This document shows positions 28,570 through 41,220 of a stretch of DNA of 64,000 nt, piece by piece. The stretch lies in NCBI GenBank assembly GCA_964016885.1, contig OZ024759.1, positions 13,640,001 to 13,704,000 of the forward strand. The letters are read 5' to 3'. The notes beneath the pieces were generated by a model that did no database searches, was not told the DNA's origin, and saw only the letters and a program-made list of their open reading frames with translations. The translations under genes were made by a program, and so were the position numbers. The stretch comes from Eledone cirrhosa (Eukaryota). Numbering within the stretch: position 1 is the first letter of the stretch; each line of letters begins with the position of its first letter.

Positions 28570-28737
28570 ATTGGCAGTATCGGTAGAGGGTCGGACGCTA
28601 TGCTTTGATGTATAGAGTTACAGCCCTCGCCATTCTGAGTTCAAATCCCACCTTTCATCCTTACGAGGTCGATAAAATAAAGTACCAGTAATGCACTGGG
28701 TAATTACTGGCCTTGTGCCAACCGTAGAAACAATTAT
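28570..28737 (+). mobile_element. SINE family 3 (Meta-domain-like)
   Basis: B box GAGTTCAAATC followed by cctttcatccttacgaggtcgataaaataaagtaccag, which resembles the MetaSINE central domain. Copies at 45888-46066, 48968-49130, 55770-55955 (-) and 60061-60243 (-). Confidence 0.75.
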
Positions 28738-28745
28738 ATATATCT

Positions 28746-28788
<43 letters not shown>

Positions 28789-28920
28789 AAAAAGTATGAC
28801 CCCGACGGCAGAGCTCAAGCCGTTTTGAAAGCTATTTCTAGAAATAGCCATGAAACGGTTTGAGTATTGAGTACTCTGGTGTGTTATGGTCCATCTGGTT
28901 CCTTACCACAATTCCTTCGT

Positions 28921-28959
<39 letters not shown>

Positions 28960-29047
28960 ATATATATATATATATTATATATATATTATATATATCTACA
29001 TATATATATATATATGTTATATATATAAACATATATATATATATATG

Positions 29048-30043
29048 TAATTAAGAATGTAGGATTCACATGCAGCAGCTGTGCTGAAACAGCAAGCAAA
29101 CAGCCACAGGAAACAAGTACCACCAATCTCTGGGAGGGCCCTGTAGAAACAGTAGACAGCTTCTGCTACCTAGGTGACCGAATTAGCAACGGAGGTGGGT
29201 GCTCAGAAAGTACAATAACTAGGGTAAGAACGGGATGGAAGAAGTTTAGGGAACTACTACCACTGCTAGCTGCAAAAAGGCTTCTCCCTCAGAATGAAAG
29301 GCAGACTGTATGATGCGTGTATCCGAACAGCGATGTTGCATGGTAGTGAGACCTGGGCGCTGAAGGTGGAAGACTTACGTAGATTAGAGAGAAACGAAGC
29401 CTGCATGCTCCGATGGATGTGTAACAGTAATATACGTGAACGACAAAGCATAAAGGAATTGAGAGAGAGACTGAGCATAAGAGGAATCAAATGCTGCGTG
29501 CAGGAGAAGCGGTTACGCTGGTATGGACATATGATGCGTATGAAGGATGACAGCTGCATAAAAAGGTGCAGAGCACTAGAAGTTGATGGAAACCGCGGAG
29601 TGGGGAGACCCAAGATGACTTGGGATGAGGTGATAAAAGCCGACCTTACCCAACTACACCTCTCAAAGTCAATGACACACGACCGTGACTTCTGGCGTCA
29701 CGCAGTAATACAGGGTACCCGACCTCCCATGGGTACATGCTGAAGCATATAAACAATATCCCCCCCCCCCACCGCAAGGTGGCCGTGGAGGTGCCACGGC
29801 AAAAAAGCACCCAGCCCACACTGTAAAGTGGACGTGTAGGCGCCACGAAAAAGCACCCAGCACTCACTGTAAATGAGGTTGGTGTTAGGAAGGGCATCCA
29901 GCTGTAGAAATCAAGCCAGATCAGTTCCTGTATGAGCAAGGCATGGTCAGCCGACCAGACACTGCCCACAACAGGACAACCCGTCTAACCCATGCTAGCG
30001 TGGAAGAACGGACGTAAAACGGTGATGATGATGATGATGATGA
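29048..30043 (+). mobile_element. RTE LINE 3' kb, nearly identical to 39003-40000 in inverted orientation
   Basis: ORF 29294-29743 matches the C-terminus of ORF 39309-40934 almost exactly, and the 3' UTR is the same. Confidence 0.95.
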
Positions 30044-30099
30044 TTATATATATCTATATATATATATATATTATATATATCTACATATATATATATATA

Positions 30100-30425
30100 T
30101 CATCATCGTCCACTTTTCCCTGCTTGCAAGGGTGGGATGGGAACTTATTCTGGCTTGATTTCTACAGCTGGATGCCCTTCCTAACACCAACCTCATTTAC
30201 AGTGAGTGCTGGGTGCTTTTTTGCCGTGGCACCTCCACGACCACTTTGCAGTGGAATGATAGGGAACCCAGTCCTATCATCTCATTTCTACAGCTGAGTA
30301 AACTGGAGCAATGTGAAATAAAGTGTCTTGCTCAAGGAAACAACACATCACCTGGTCTGAGAATTGAACTCACAAACTTTCGATTGCAAGGCCAATGCTC
30401 TAACCACTAAGCCATGTGCCTCCAT
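30100..30425 (-). mobile_element. SINE family 1
   Basis: Reverse complement of the family sequence. Confidence 0.9.
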
Positions 30426-30540
30426 ATATATACATATATATATATATTACATATATAAACATACATATATATATACATTATATATATATATACATATATA
30501 TATTTATTATATATATATACATATATGTATTATATATATA

Positions 30541-30596
<56 letters not shown>

Positions 30597-30648
30597 CATC
30601 ATCATCATCATCATTATCATTATTTTACATCCGCTTTTCCCTGCTTGC

Positions 30649-30688
<40 letters not shown>

Positions 30689-31104
30689 AATATATATATA
30701 TATATATTATACATATACATATATATATATAATATGTATATACATATATATATATATATATTATAAGCATACATATAGATATATATTATAAACATACATA
30801 TATATATGTGTGTATACATGTATATATATATACAGATATTTATATATATATATATATGGTGTGTATGTGTACACAGAGATAGAGATTGCTGATCAATCAA
30901 TACAAGTCATTGCAGTTTTACATTAACAGCCAGAACTAGAAAAATCCGGAAATACTTTCAGAGTGACATATGTTCAGTAGAACAATGGCTGCTCTATGGT
31001 TGTGACTGTTTTATTTTCCAATGTGGATCTATTGTATGAGCTACACTATTGAATTGATCTATATATTTACATGAATATAGTATGCACATATAAGTATATA
31101 TATG

Positions 31105-31530
31105 TATCATCATCATCGCTGTTTAATGTCCATTTTCCACGCTAGCATGGGTTAGATGGTTTGCCCTATTTGAGGCAGGTTGGGTCAAGTGACTGTATCC
31201 TTCTCATACAGGACTGTTTCTGGCTAATTTTCTTTGGATGGATGCCCTTCCTAATGCCAACCACAATTACAGTGTGTGCCGGGTGCTTTTTGCCGTGACA
31301 TCAACACGACCACTTTACAGTGAGGACTGGGTGCTTTTTATCACGACACCTACACAAACCCTTTACAGTGTGTGCTGGGTGCTTTTTGTTGTGACTCCTA
31401 CACGACCACTTTATAGTGTGGACTGGGTGCTTTTTATCATGACTCCTACACAACCACTTTACAGTGAGTACTGGGTGCGTTTTATCATGACACCTACCCG
31501 ACCACTTTACAGTAAGGGTTGGGTGCTCTT
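31105..31530 (-). mobile_element. RTE-type tail with tandemly expanded 48-bp units
   Basis: (CAT)n and cacgctagcatgggttag, followed by ~5 acacgaccactttacagtg..ctgggtgcttttt units. Confidence 0.8.
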
Positions 31531-31789
31531 GACACTTGAGTCCTTGCCATTCCCTTCTTTTTCGTTTTTTTAATTTATATTTTCTTATTTTACATTCCAT
31601 TCTTCTCAATCTAAATTTTCTTCTTTTCTTTTTCTATTAAACTATATTTATATGATATATTCCATAAAGAAATAATTTTTGAAGTTCACACTTCATTCTC
31701 ATCAATGGATTCCAATTCTAAAACAGCAGTTATATCTAGCTAAAGTTAATTTTAGAATGATGATGTCAATGATGATGATGATAAAGATC

Positions 31790-32225
31790 ATCATCATCAT
31801 CATTGCCGGTGAGGAGATCATTTTACCTCCACTGTTCCATGCTTGAATGGGTTGGACAGGTCCTTCTCACCAGAGATCTCTCTATTTGTTGCATTTCTTT
31901 GTTATCTCCTCTGTGAGCATTGGTGATTTTGAGATCAGCTCTCACCATTTTTGCCCAGGTCTTCCTTGGGTCTTCCTCTATTGCATCATCCTTCCACTGG
32001 GATTACTTGCCACTTCGTCACCCAGCAATTATCAACCATGTCCATACCAATGCACTACTTCTCATACTTCTTATTACCAGTTTTTCTCTCACCTCATCCA
32101 TTTTTTCCTGTTCATACATATTAACATCACATGTCCATACCAGGGCAGTCTCCTTCCCTACACTCTACATCTGATTCTTCTTACACCCACTTTCTCCTTC
32201 AGTTCACCCATGCTTTGCCGGTGCA
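31790..32225 (-). mobile_element. Old RTE LINE 3' fragment
   Basis: Remnants of LPWYGHVM and GRPRKTWAK with a (CAT)n tail. Confidence 0.65.
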
Positions 32226-32369
32226 CAGAATACACACATACACACACACGTACACACACACACACACACTCACGCACAGAGGCATGCCTGTCACTTTCAT
32301 GTAATCCTAATTGCAAGAAACCTGTTCCCTGCTTCCAACTTAGTCACTTCAGCCCCAAACCCCAGCATC

Positions 32370-32790
32370 ACGACCCGCCTAGCAGAAGAATGTAAAAGAA
32401 ACAAATACCGGGGTTTGTCCGGCTGCTTCCTCTTCAAACCTGTCACCGTCGAGACCTCGGGTGTACTTGGGGCCCCATACTGCCGAGCTCCTCCGCGAGA
32501 TTGGAATGTCAGCGGCCCATCTGAGGAGGGAGCCCCACGAGGTTGGGTGGCTGATGCAGCGGGTGTCACTGGCCATCGTCCAGGGGAATCATTTTGCCAT
32601 CTTGTCAGCGGGGCGCAGCACTCTTGTCCTTTGCCCAAAGCCCAATTACCCTCTCTTCTGCGACACCAGAGCTCTTGCCATCCTGTCCCTTTCTCGTTTT
32701 TTTTCTACTTTCTTTATTTTTCCTATATTTTCCTATTCTTTCTTTCCTTTTGTTTCCCCCTCTTTTTTTTTTTTTTCTTACATAAATAAG
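32370..32790 (+). mobile_element. CRE-like (restriction-like endonuclease) non-LTR element C-terminus
   Basis: EECKRNKYRGL..FKPVTVETSGVLGP...WLMQRVSLAIVQGNH matches the K..KY..F.P.A.ET.G..QR.S.A.Q.GN motif. Confidence 0.65.
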
Positions 32791-33004
32791 GTTTGTTATT
32801 TTGCTTTTGAATAAATAGACTGCATTACCATCAAGGCTTAACCAGCCATTAGAGACAGGAAATTCATATTTCGATTTAGCACCGGCTTCAATAGTTCTTT
32901 AATTCTATTATATATATTGCTAACTAGTTTTTACCATGACCATGTTGACGTACCACCCTTGAAGGCAGGAGTGGTCTGTGTTTGTGTCTATATATATGTA
33001 TATA

Positions 33005-33050
<46 letters not shown>

Positions 33051-33059
33051 GATCTCAAT

Positions 33060-33390
33060 GGAGGCACATGGCTTAGTGGTTAGAGCATTGGCCTTGCAAT
33101 CGAAAGGTTCTGAGTTCAATTCTCAGACCAGGTGATGTGTTGTTTCCTTGAGCAAGGCACTTTATTTCACATTGCTCCAGTTTACTCAGCTGTAGAAATG
33201 AGATGATAGGGACTAGGGTCCCTATCATTCCACTGCAAAGTGGTCGTGGAGGTGCCACGGCAAAAAAGCACCCAGCACTCACTGTAATTAAGGTTGGTGT
33301 TAGGAAGGGCATCCAGCTGTAGAAATCAAGCCAGAATGAGTTCCCGTCCCACCCTTGCAAGCAGGGAAAATGAAATGATGATGATGATGA
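33060..33390 (+). mobile_element. SINE family 1, full length
   Basis: TGGCTTAGTGG and GAGTTCAATTC boxes, CORE-like block, RTE tail. Confidence 0.9.
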
Positions 33391-33424
33391 TATATACATG
33401 AGTATATATATACATACACACATG

Positions 33425-33461
<37 letters not shown>

Positions 33462-33494
33462 TTGTCTGTGTATATATATATATATATATAATAG

Positions 33495-34715
33495 AAAAAT
33501 TTACATATGAAAAATATTTATTGTTTATCGACCTGTTATGTGTGTTTCGCACTGAATTGGCTCAAGGTGACCCATAGGGGTTATGGAACTGACTCCAGTA
33601 TCGATCTGCTCCTCAGACTGGTGATGCAACAAAAGATATATTTTTGTTGTGGTATGTGGGCTGAGAAGGTATTTTGTGTGCGGGCGTATGGGCTCATTTT
33701 GGTGTAATTGGGAGGACAGCAATGCAGGTGTGTATTCACTAGTATTCATGCGCATGATTACGTGAAAGTGTGAGCAATTAAGGATTCCTGTATATGGTTG
33801 TGCGTGTGTATGGGCGCATTTTGGAATGTGTATTGGACAGTCATAAACTTGCTTTTGGGTAAACAGGAAGCAGGGGTTTGTGAGGGCCTGTCAATCTGGG
33901 ACAACCCGGTGCTAGTTTATCGTGTCGGTAAAGACATTTCATGTTTTTGACAAAAACATGTAATGTCTTTGCCGACACGATAAACTAGCACCGGGTTGTC
34001 CAAGCGTGGCACCCCACCTCACAAACCCCTGCTTCCTGTTGAAACCAAAGCATGTTTTTGACTGACCAACACACACTTCCAAAATGCCCCCACACGCGTA
34101 CACACATACACACTCACGTAAATACACACATGAATACTGGTGAATACACACCCGCATTGCCACCACCTCCAATTACTCTAAAATATACACTTACGCCCGC
34201 ACACAAAAAAATAGGGTCCACATACCGTGGAGGCACGTGGCTTAGTGGTTAGAGCATTGGCCTTGCAATCAAAAGGTTGTGAGTTCTATTCTCAGACCGG
34301 GTGATGTGTTGTTTCCTTGAGCAAGACACTTTATTTCACATTGCTCCAGTTTACTCAGCTGTAGAAATGAGATGATAGGACTGGGGTCCCTATCATTCCA
34401 CTGCAAAGTGGTCATGCAGGTCCATGGCAAAAAAGGCACCCAGCACTCACTGTAAATGAGGTTGGTGTTAGGAAGGGCATCCAGCTGTAGAAATCAAGCC
34501 AGAATCAGTTCCTGTCCCACCCTTGCAAGCAGGGGAAAAGCGGACGTAAAATGAAATGATGAAATGATGAATGATGATACCACAACAAAAATATATCTTT
34601 TATTGCATCACCACTCCGAGGAGCACTTCAATACTGGGGTCAAGTCCATAACTCCTATGGGTCACCTTGAGCCAATCCTCTGTGAAACATGCAATAAATA
34701 TTTTTCATATGTAAA
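33495..34715. mobile_element. Fold-back element with a hammerhead near each end, interrupted by a SINE at 34229-34577
   Basis: 33495-33940 is an imperfect reverse complement of 33960-34228 plus 34577-34715. The - arm has CTGAGGAgca...tgcGAAAc at 33520-33620. Confidence 0.7.
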
Positions 34716-35339
34716 CAAAACTTCCTGGTATATTTCTATTATATACACTCTGCATGTGCATAGAATGCTTGATTTGGTAACAACACCAGTAATTCACCAT
34801 ACTACCTACATTATATATCTACACTATATATAAAGTTGTAGTTCCTGTTTGTCTGTTTGTTCACAAACTCCGCCTATGGTTTTGGAGATATTGTTCTACT
34901 GAAGGTCATAGAAAAGTAGTTTGCAAGCCACATGTGACACACGGGCTGCATCTTTAAGACCCCTGGTGTAAGCAGAGACGTGGTCATGTTACAATACCCA
35001 ATGACTTTTCCAAAACCATCCTACCAGAAACTCTTCAGTAATAGAAAAGGACAGACAGACAATATTAAAGAGTGGACAGGCAAAATGTTAGCAGAGAGAA
35101 AATATTTGGCCCACAACCACAACAAATGGAGACAGCAGGTGTGTGGCACATTCAATTCTGTCAAGAATTAAGAGTATACAAAAAGATATCCAAACCCATG
35201 CAAGCGTGGAAGATGGATGTTAAACGATGATGATGATGATGATGATATGATATTGTAAAGTACTTTAAAGTTAATATAAAGAGAATATAAAGAGAGATGT
35301 GCTCATGTGTGGAGATGTTATAAAATAAGGTGAAGACTC

Positions 35340-36157
35340 TTCTTCTTCTTTGCCCACTTATTACTGAGAGGGTCGTGAGGACAGAGTCCGCAAACACTCT
35401 CTCCAATGGGTCCTGTCAGAAGCAACCATCTCCAACTGATCTTGCTGGATCCCCAAGCGAGACTAGCCAAGCTCATGGATGTTATCTAACCATCTTGCTT
35501 GGGGTCTACCCCTGGGTCTCCATCTAGTTAGTTTTGCCCATAAAGTCTGTCCACTGATTCTTTCCTGAGACATTCTAACCACATGCCATAGTATTGGAGC
35601 TGTCATCTTTCAATTCGGAGAAGTTGTGGCTCTACCTGGAGTGACTCTCTGATCTCCGAGCTATAAATCTGTCCAGTGATTCTTTCCTGAGACATTCTAA
35701 CCACATGTCCATAGTATCAGAGCTGTGATCTCTCAATTCAGAGAAGTTGTGGCTCTACCTGGAGTGACTCTCTGATCTCTGAGCTATAAATCTGTCCAGT
35801 GATTCTTTCCTGAGACATTCTAACCACATGTCATTGTATCAGAGCTGTGATCTCTCAATTCAGAGAAGTTGTGGCTCTACCTGGAGTGACTCTCTGATCT
35901 CTGAGCTATAAATCTGTCAAGTGATTCTTTCCTGAGACATTCTAACCACATGTCATTGTATCAGAGCTGTGATCTCTCAATTCAGAGAAGTTGTGGCTCT
36001 ACCTGGAGTGACTCTCTGATCTCTGAGCTATAAATCTGTCCAGTGATTCTTTCTTGAGACATTCTAACCACATGTCATTGTATCAGAGCTGTGATCTCTC
36101 AATTCAGAGAAGTTGTGGCTCTACCTGGGGTGACTCTCTGATCTCTGAGCTACACAC
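35340..36157 (-). mobile_element. RTE-type 3' fragment (family of 6530-7380) with a ~122-bp tandem array (x5)
   Basis: cattctaacc recurs at 35571, 35693, 35816, 35938 and 36060. Confidence 0.8.
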
Positions 36158-36416
36158 TTAAAGAGAGAAAATAGAGATTGGCTATGCATATGCTTTAAAA
36201 TAAAATTTGGTATCATATAACATGAGTTTCTGGTGGTTTTGCTACAAAAGGACCTCACCTTCCTGTTATATCCCACCTTACATTTCTATAATTACCACCC
36301 AACCTACCATTTATGTTTCATTTTTATTTTATTTAAATTTATTGATTTTTCAAAGTATGTTTCAAATTGGATCATTATGAAATTGCAATACATATCTTCA
36401 TAGATCTTTCTTTCTC

Positions 36417-36463
<47 letters not shown>

Positions 36464-36799
36464 TCCTTCTTCCTTTCTGTCCTTTCTTTTCTCTCCTCTT
36501 TCTTCCTCTTTTCTCTCTCTCACCGCTTTCCTACTTTCTTTTCTTTCTTTCTCCCACTCCTCCCTCTCCTTTTCTCTCTCTCTCTCTCAACTCCTTTCTC
36601 TCTCTCCCCTTCTCTCCTCTCTCTCTCACCTCTTCCCTACTTTCTTTACACGCTATTTACATCCATTCTTTTCTCAACAAATTTTTCGTCTCACTTCCTT
36701 GCATATCATCTATGCCTTGATTGTTGTTGTTATTGTTTGGTGGTGGGTTTTTTATATATCTAAATATTACAATTTGTAATAAAGAAATGGGTAGGAGAG

Positions 36800-36850
<51 letters not shown>

Positions 36851-37133
36851 CACCTCTCATCCCTCTCTCCTTTCTCACTACCACTCTCTCTTTCTCTATA
36901 CATATACATATATTCAAACAAACACACACACATACATACACACACACATATATATTGGAAACCTTTAGCAGGTTTTTATTGGCCCACTAGGAGCAGAAAG
37001 GAAGAGAATTAGAGGGTAATTGCATAAGCAAAACATACTGACTTAAAAAATAGACAACGTAGGTTAGTAAGAAAAAAAAGGTGATAGAAGAGAGTCAAAC
37101 AGATACATAGAGAGAGAGAGGCAAAAGAAAAAA

Positions 37134-37198
<65 letters not shown>

Positions 37199-37468
37199 TA
37201 TAAATATATATATATATATAGAGAGAGAGAGATAGGTATATATACATATTCACACACACATATATATAACAGGCCACTTATATTTCAAAGAGTGGATCAC
37301 TTTTCTTATGGATAAATCTGGAACTTTTACTGTGACCAAAGAATTTTGTTGAAAGAAAACAGAGATTTCAGAAGAAGAGAAATCTTTTTCCTCAGGAGGA
37401 TATATATATAAAGTGAGTACTGACTTTTCCCAATTGTATCTCACTATACTTTAACTATGGAGAGCACA

Positions 37469-37519
<51 letters not shown>

Positions 37520-37521
<2 letters not shown>

Positions 37522-37632
37522 AAGGGCTTATGCCCGAAACGTCGTTTCCCCCCCCCCCCCCTCACTCTCAAGAGTGTGAACCTAATAGACCTTTATTTGT
37601 CTGCCTCTCTGTTTTGTTCCCCTCTAAATTTC

Positions 37633-37635
<3 letters not shown>
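37520..37635 (+). mobile_element. Truncated Penelope-type pLTR end with partial hammerhead, between (TA)n tracts
   Basis: gaagggcttatgcccGAAAcgtcg has stem II gggc/gccc and a palindromic stem III. The CTGA part is missing. Confidence 0.55.
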
Positions 37636-37711
<76 letters not shown>

Positions 37712-37759
37712 GTCTAACCCAATCTAGCGTGGAAGATGGACGTTAAACGATCATGATGA

Positions 37760-38070
37760 CATAACATTAAATTAAAAGTCGAATGACATATATATATATA
37801 TATAATAATATATCAAACAATTACAAGGGATAATTTGTGAAGTGTGTTAACACACAAAGTTATGTGAGTAACATATTCAAAGTTGACAAGAACCTTGAAT
37901 ATAGATAACTTGCAATAATGATTAATCATTATTGCAAGGTTCTTGTTAATCTTTAATATGTTACCTCCATAACTAGGTGTGTTTACACTCGTTACAAATT
38001 ATTCCCTGTAATTGTTTGATATGTTTATTTTATATATATATGTCATTTGACTTTTAATTTAATGTTAATA
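37760..38070. repeat. Decayed ~310-bp hairpin
   Basis: The arms are imperfect reverse complements around ttgcaataatgattaatcattattgcaa. Confidence 0.75.
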
Positions 38071-38181
38071 AATGCTCGGATTTATTACTTGGAATCTTTG
38101 AGCTTATTCCACAGGTGGTATAGCGCATGTTTCTGATATTCTCAGACATGGCATCTTTAATCTAATTTTGATAGTATATAT

Positions 38182-38535
38182 ATGACACACGACCGTGACC
38201 TCTGGCGTCACGCAGTAATACAGAGTACCCGACCTCCCATGGGTACAAGCTGAAGCATATAGACAATATGCCCCCACACCCCCCACTGCAAGGTGGTCGT
38301 GGAGGTGCCACGGCAAAAAAGCATCCAGCCCACACTGTAAAGTGGACGTGTAGGCGCCACGAAAAAGCACCCAGCACTCACTGTAAATGAGGTTGGTGTT
38401 AGGAAGGGCACCAGCTGTAGAAATCAAGCCAAATCAGTTCCTGTATGAGCAAGGCATGGTCAGCCGACCAGACACTTGCCACAACAGGACAACCCATCTA
38501 ACCCATGCTAGCGTGGAAGAACGGACGTAAAACGG

Positions 38536-38566
<31 letters not shown>

Positions 38567-38748
38567 ATACCATCATCATCATCATCATCTTCATTTAACG
38601 TCCACTTTCCACGCTAGCATGGGTTAGACAGGAGTTGTCCCACTTGAGGCAAGGTTGGTCGGGTGACCGTGTCTCGCTCATATAGGAATATCTGGCAGGT
38701 TTTCTATGGCTGGTGCCCTTCCTAACACCAACCACACTTACAGTGTGG
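38182..38748. mobile_element. Two RTE 3' tails arranged tail-to-tail
   Basis: The + copy ends in (TGA)n at 38565 and the - copy begins with (CAT)n at 38571. Confidence 0.85.
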
Positions 38749-39002
38749 TATATGCACATATATATATATATCAAATAAAAAAAATGGAGCTAATGACTCA
38801 CGTTAATCCCCTATAATTTAATGAGCTCAAAGAATAAATACCAGGCTCTTTATAAAACAGTATATATACAGAAATACATAAAGAGGTATGTGTTTAACCA
38901 TAGGGAATAGACAAACATCTCTGTTCAAGCGCCATTAACAGAATCTTACACCAGAGTTAAATATTATTGAATAAAGTGACAAGAGGCCGGAAAGTTGAGA
39001 TT

Positions 39003-41141
39003 CATCATCATCATCATCATCATCACCGTTTTACGTCCCTTCTTCCACGCTAGCATGGGTTAGACGGGTTGTCCTGTTGTGGGCAGTGTCTGGTCGGCTG
39101 ACCATGCCTTGCTCATACAGGAACTGATCTGGCTTGATTTCTACAGCTGGATGCCCTTCCTAACACCAACCTCATTTACAGTGAGTGCTGGGTGCTTTTT
39201 CGTGGCGCCTACACGTCCACTTTACAGTGTGGGCTGGGTGCTTTTTTGCCGTGGCACCTCCACGACCACCTTGCGGTGGGGGGAGTGGGGGCATATTGTT
39301 TATATGCTTCAGCATGTACCCATGGGAGGTCGGGTACCCTGTATTACTGCGTGACGCCAGAAGTCATGGTCGTGTGTCATTGACTTTGAGAGGTGTAGTT
39401 GGGTAAGGTCGGCTTTTATCACCTCATCCCAAGTCATCTTGGGTCTCCCCACTCCGCGGTTTCCATCAACTTCTAGTGCTCTGCACCTTTTTATGCAGCT
39501 GTCATCCTTCATACGCATCACATGTCCATACCAGCGTAACCGCCTCTCCTGCGCGCAGCATTTGATTCCTCTTATGCTCAGTCTCTCTCTCAATTCCTTT
39601 ATGCTTTGTCGTTCAAGTATATTACTGTTACACATCCATCGGAGCATGCAGGCTTCGTTTCTCTCTAATCTACGTAAGTCTTCCACCTTCAGCGCCCAGG
39701 TCTCACTACCATGCAACATCGCTGTTCGGATACACGCATCATACAGTCTGCCTTTCATTCTGAGGGAGAAGCCTTTTGCAGCTAGCAGTGGTAGTAGTTC
39801 CCTAAACTTCTTCCATCCCGTTCTTACCCTAGTTATTGTACTTTCTGAGCACCCACCTCCGTTGCTAATTCGGTCACCTAGGTAGCAGAAGCTGTCTACT
39901 GTTTCTACAGGGCCCTCCCAGAGATTGGTGGTACTTGTTTCCTGTGGCTGTTTGCTTGCTGTTTCAGCACAGCTGCTGCATGTGAATCCTACATTCTTAA
40001 TTAAGCTTCCTGAGATCCCGCTACATCTCTTGTGTACCCATTGTTTGCATTTGGGGCAGAGAATGGAGTTCCTACCTACACCTTTCCTACATACTGAGCA
40101 AGGCCATTTCCCTGAGGGGATCTGGGTTCTGTTTTCTCGTCTACTTATAAGGACCTTAGTCTTTGTCATGTTGACTTTGAGGCCCTTTCTCTCTAGTCCC
40201 TGCTTCCAGGTTTGGAATTTATTCTCTAGTTCTACCATAGATTCAGCTATGAGTGCGAGGTCATCAGCATACAGGAGTTCCCATGGGCATCCGGTCTTAA
40301 ACTCCTCCGTTATTGCCTGCAGGACTATGATAAACAGGAGAGGGCTAAGAACAGAGCCCTGGTGGACCCCAACCTGTACGCTAAATTCCTCGCTATACTC
40401 ATTGCTAATCCTAACTTTGCTGACTGCTCCCCTATACATGGCTTGTACCGCTTTCACAAGCCATTCATCTACTCCTAGTTTTCTAAGAGCCCACCAGATT
40501 ACTGCACGTGGAACTCTGTCAAAGGCTTTCTCAAGGTCGACAAATGCCAAGTAGAGTGGCTTACTTTTAGCTAGGTACTTTTCCTGTAATTGCCTCACAA
40601 GGAAGAGGGCATCAGTGGTGCCTTTCCCTGGTACAAACCCAAATTGCATCTCGTCTATATTCACCCGGTCCCTAATCAGCTGTGCTATAACTCTTTCTGT
40701 TACTTTCATGACCTGGTCCATCAACTTTATACCTCTATAGTTTCCTCTATCTAGTGCATTGCCTTTACCTTTGTAGCAGTTGACAATGATGCTACTGCAC
40801 CAATCTTTTGGTATGGCCCCCTCTAGTATTACGTGGTTAACGATACGAGTGGTTATAGTGTGACCTACAGACCCAGATGCCTTCAGCATCTCGGCAGCTA
40901 TACCCGATGGACCGGTTGCCTTCCCTATCTTCATATCTCTGATTGCCTTACTTACTACGCTGCCGCTGACTTGTACTGCTGGTCCCTCTATAGGGTCTAC
41001 GTGGGGTAGAGTCTCTTCTTCCCATGCATTCTCCTCATTTAGTAATCTATCATAATGACTCTTCCATGCATCTTTCTTCTCAGCACTTGTGAGGGCAAGC
41101 TCACCTTTATCATTCCGGATACACTTCTCTCCAATGACATC
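39003..41141 (-). mobile_element. Young 5'-truncated RTE LINE with uninterrupted RT-PHD frame
   Basis: ORF 39309-40934 (541 aa) has all RT motifs, and the 3' UTR and tail are intact. Confidence 0.95.
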
Positions 41142-41220
41142 TTTTAAAATATTTATTTCTTGTCGATGGAATTCTACTGGCCATTGAAATATATATATAG
41201 TGTTTGCAGAAATAAATACT

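Noticed and set aside
20932-34577. tRNA-like sequences at the SINE heads
   Set aside because: They have A/B boxes but no complete cloverleaf and run directly into SINE bodies, so they are not tRNA genes.
34815-34960. Possible Helitron-like 5' end (ctatatataaag..tgtttgtctgtttgt) and hairpin
   Set aside because: There is no terminal CTRR end, and the similarity is too weak to call.
39439-40554. Antisense ORFs over the RTE RT (also 18035-19495 and 23322-23846)
   Set aside because: These are shadows of the sense-strand codon usage with no independent motifs.
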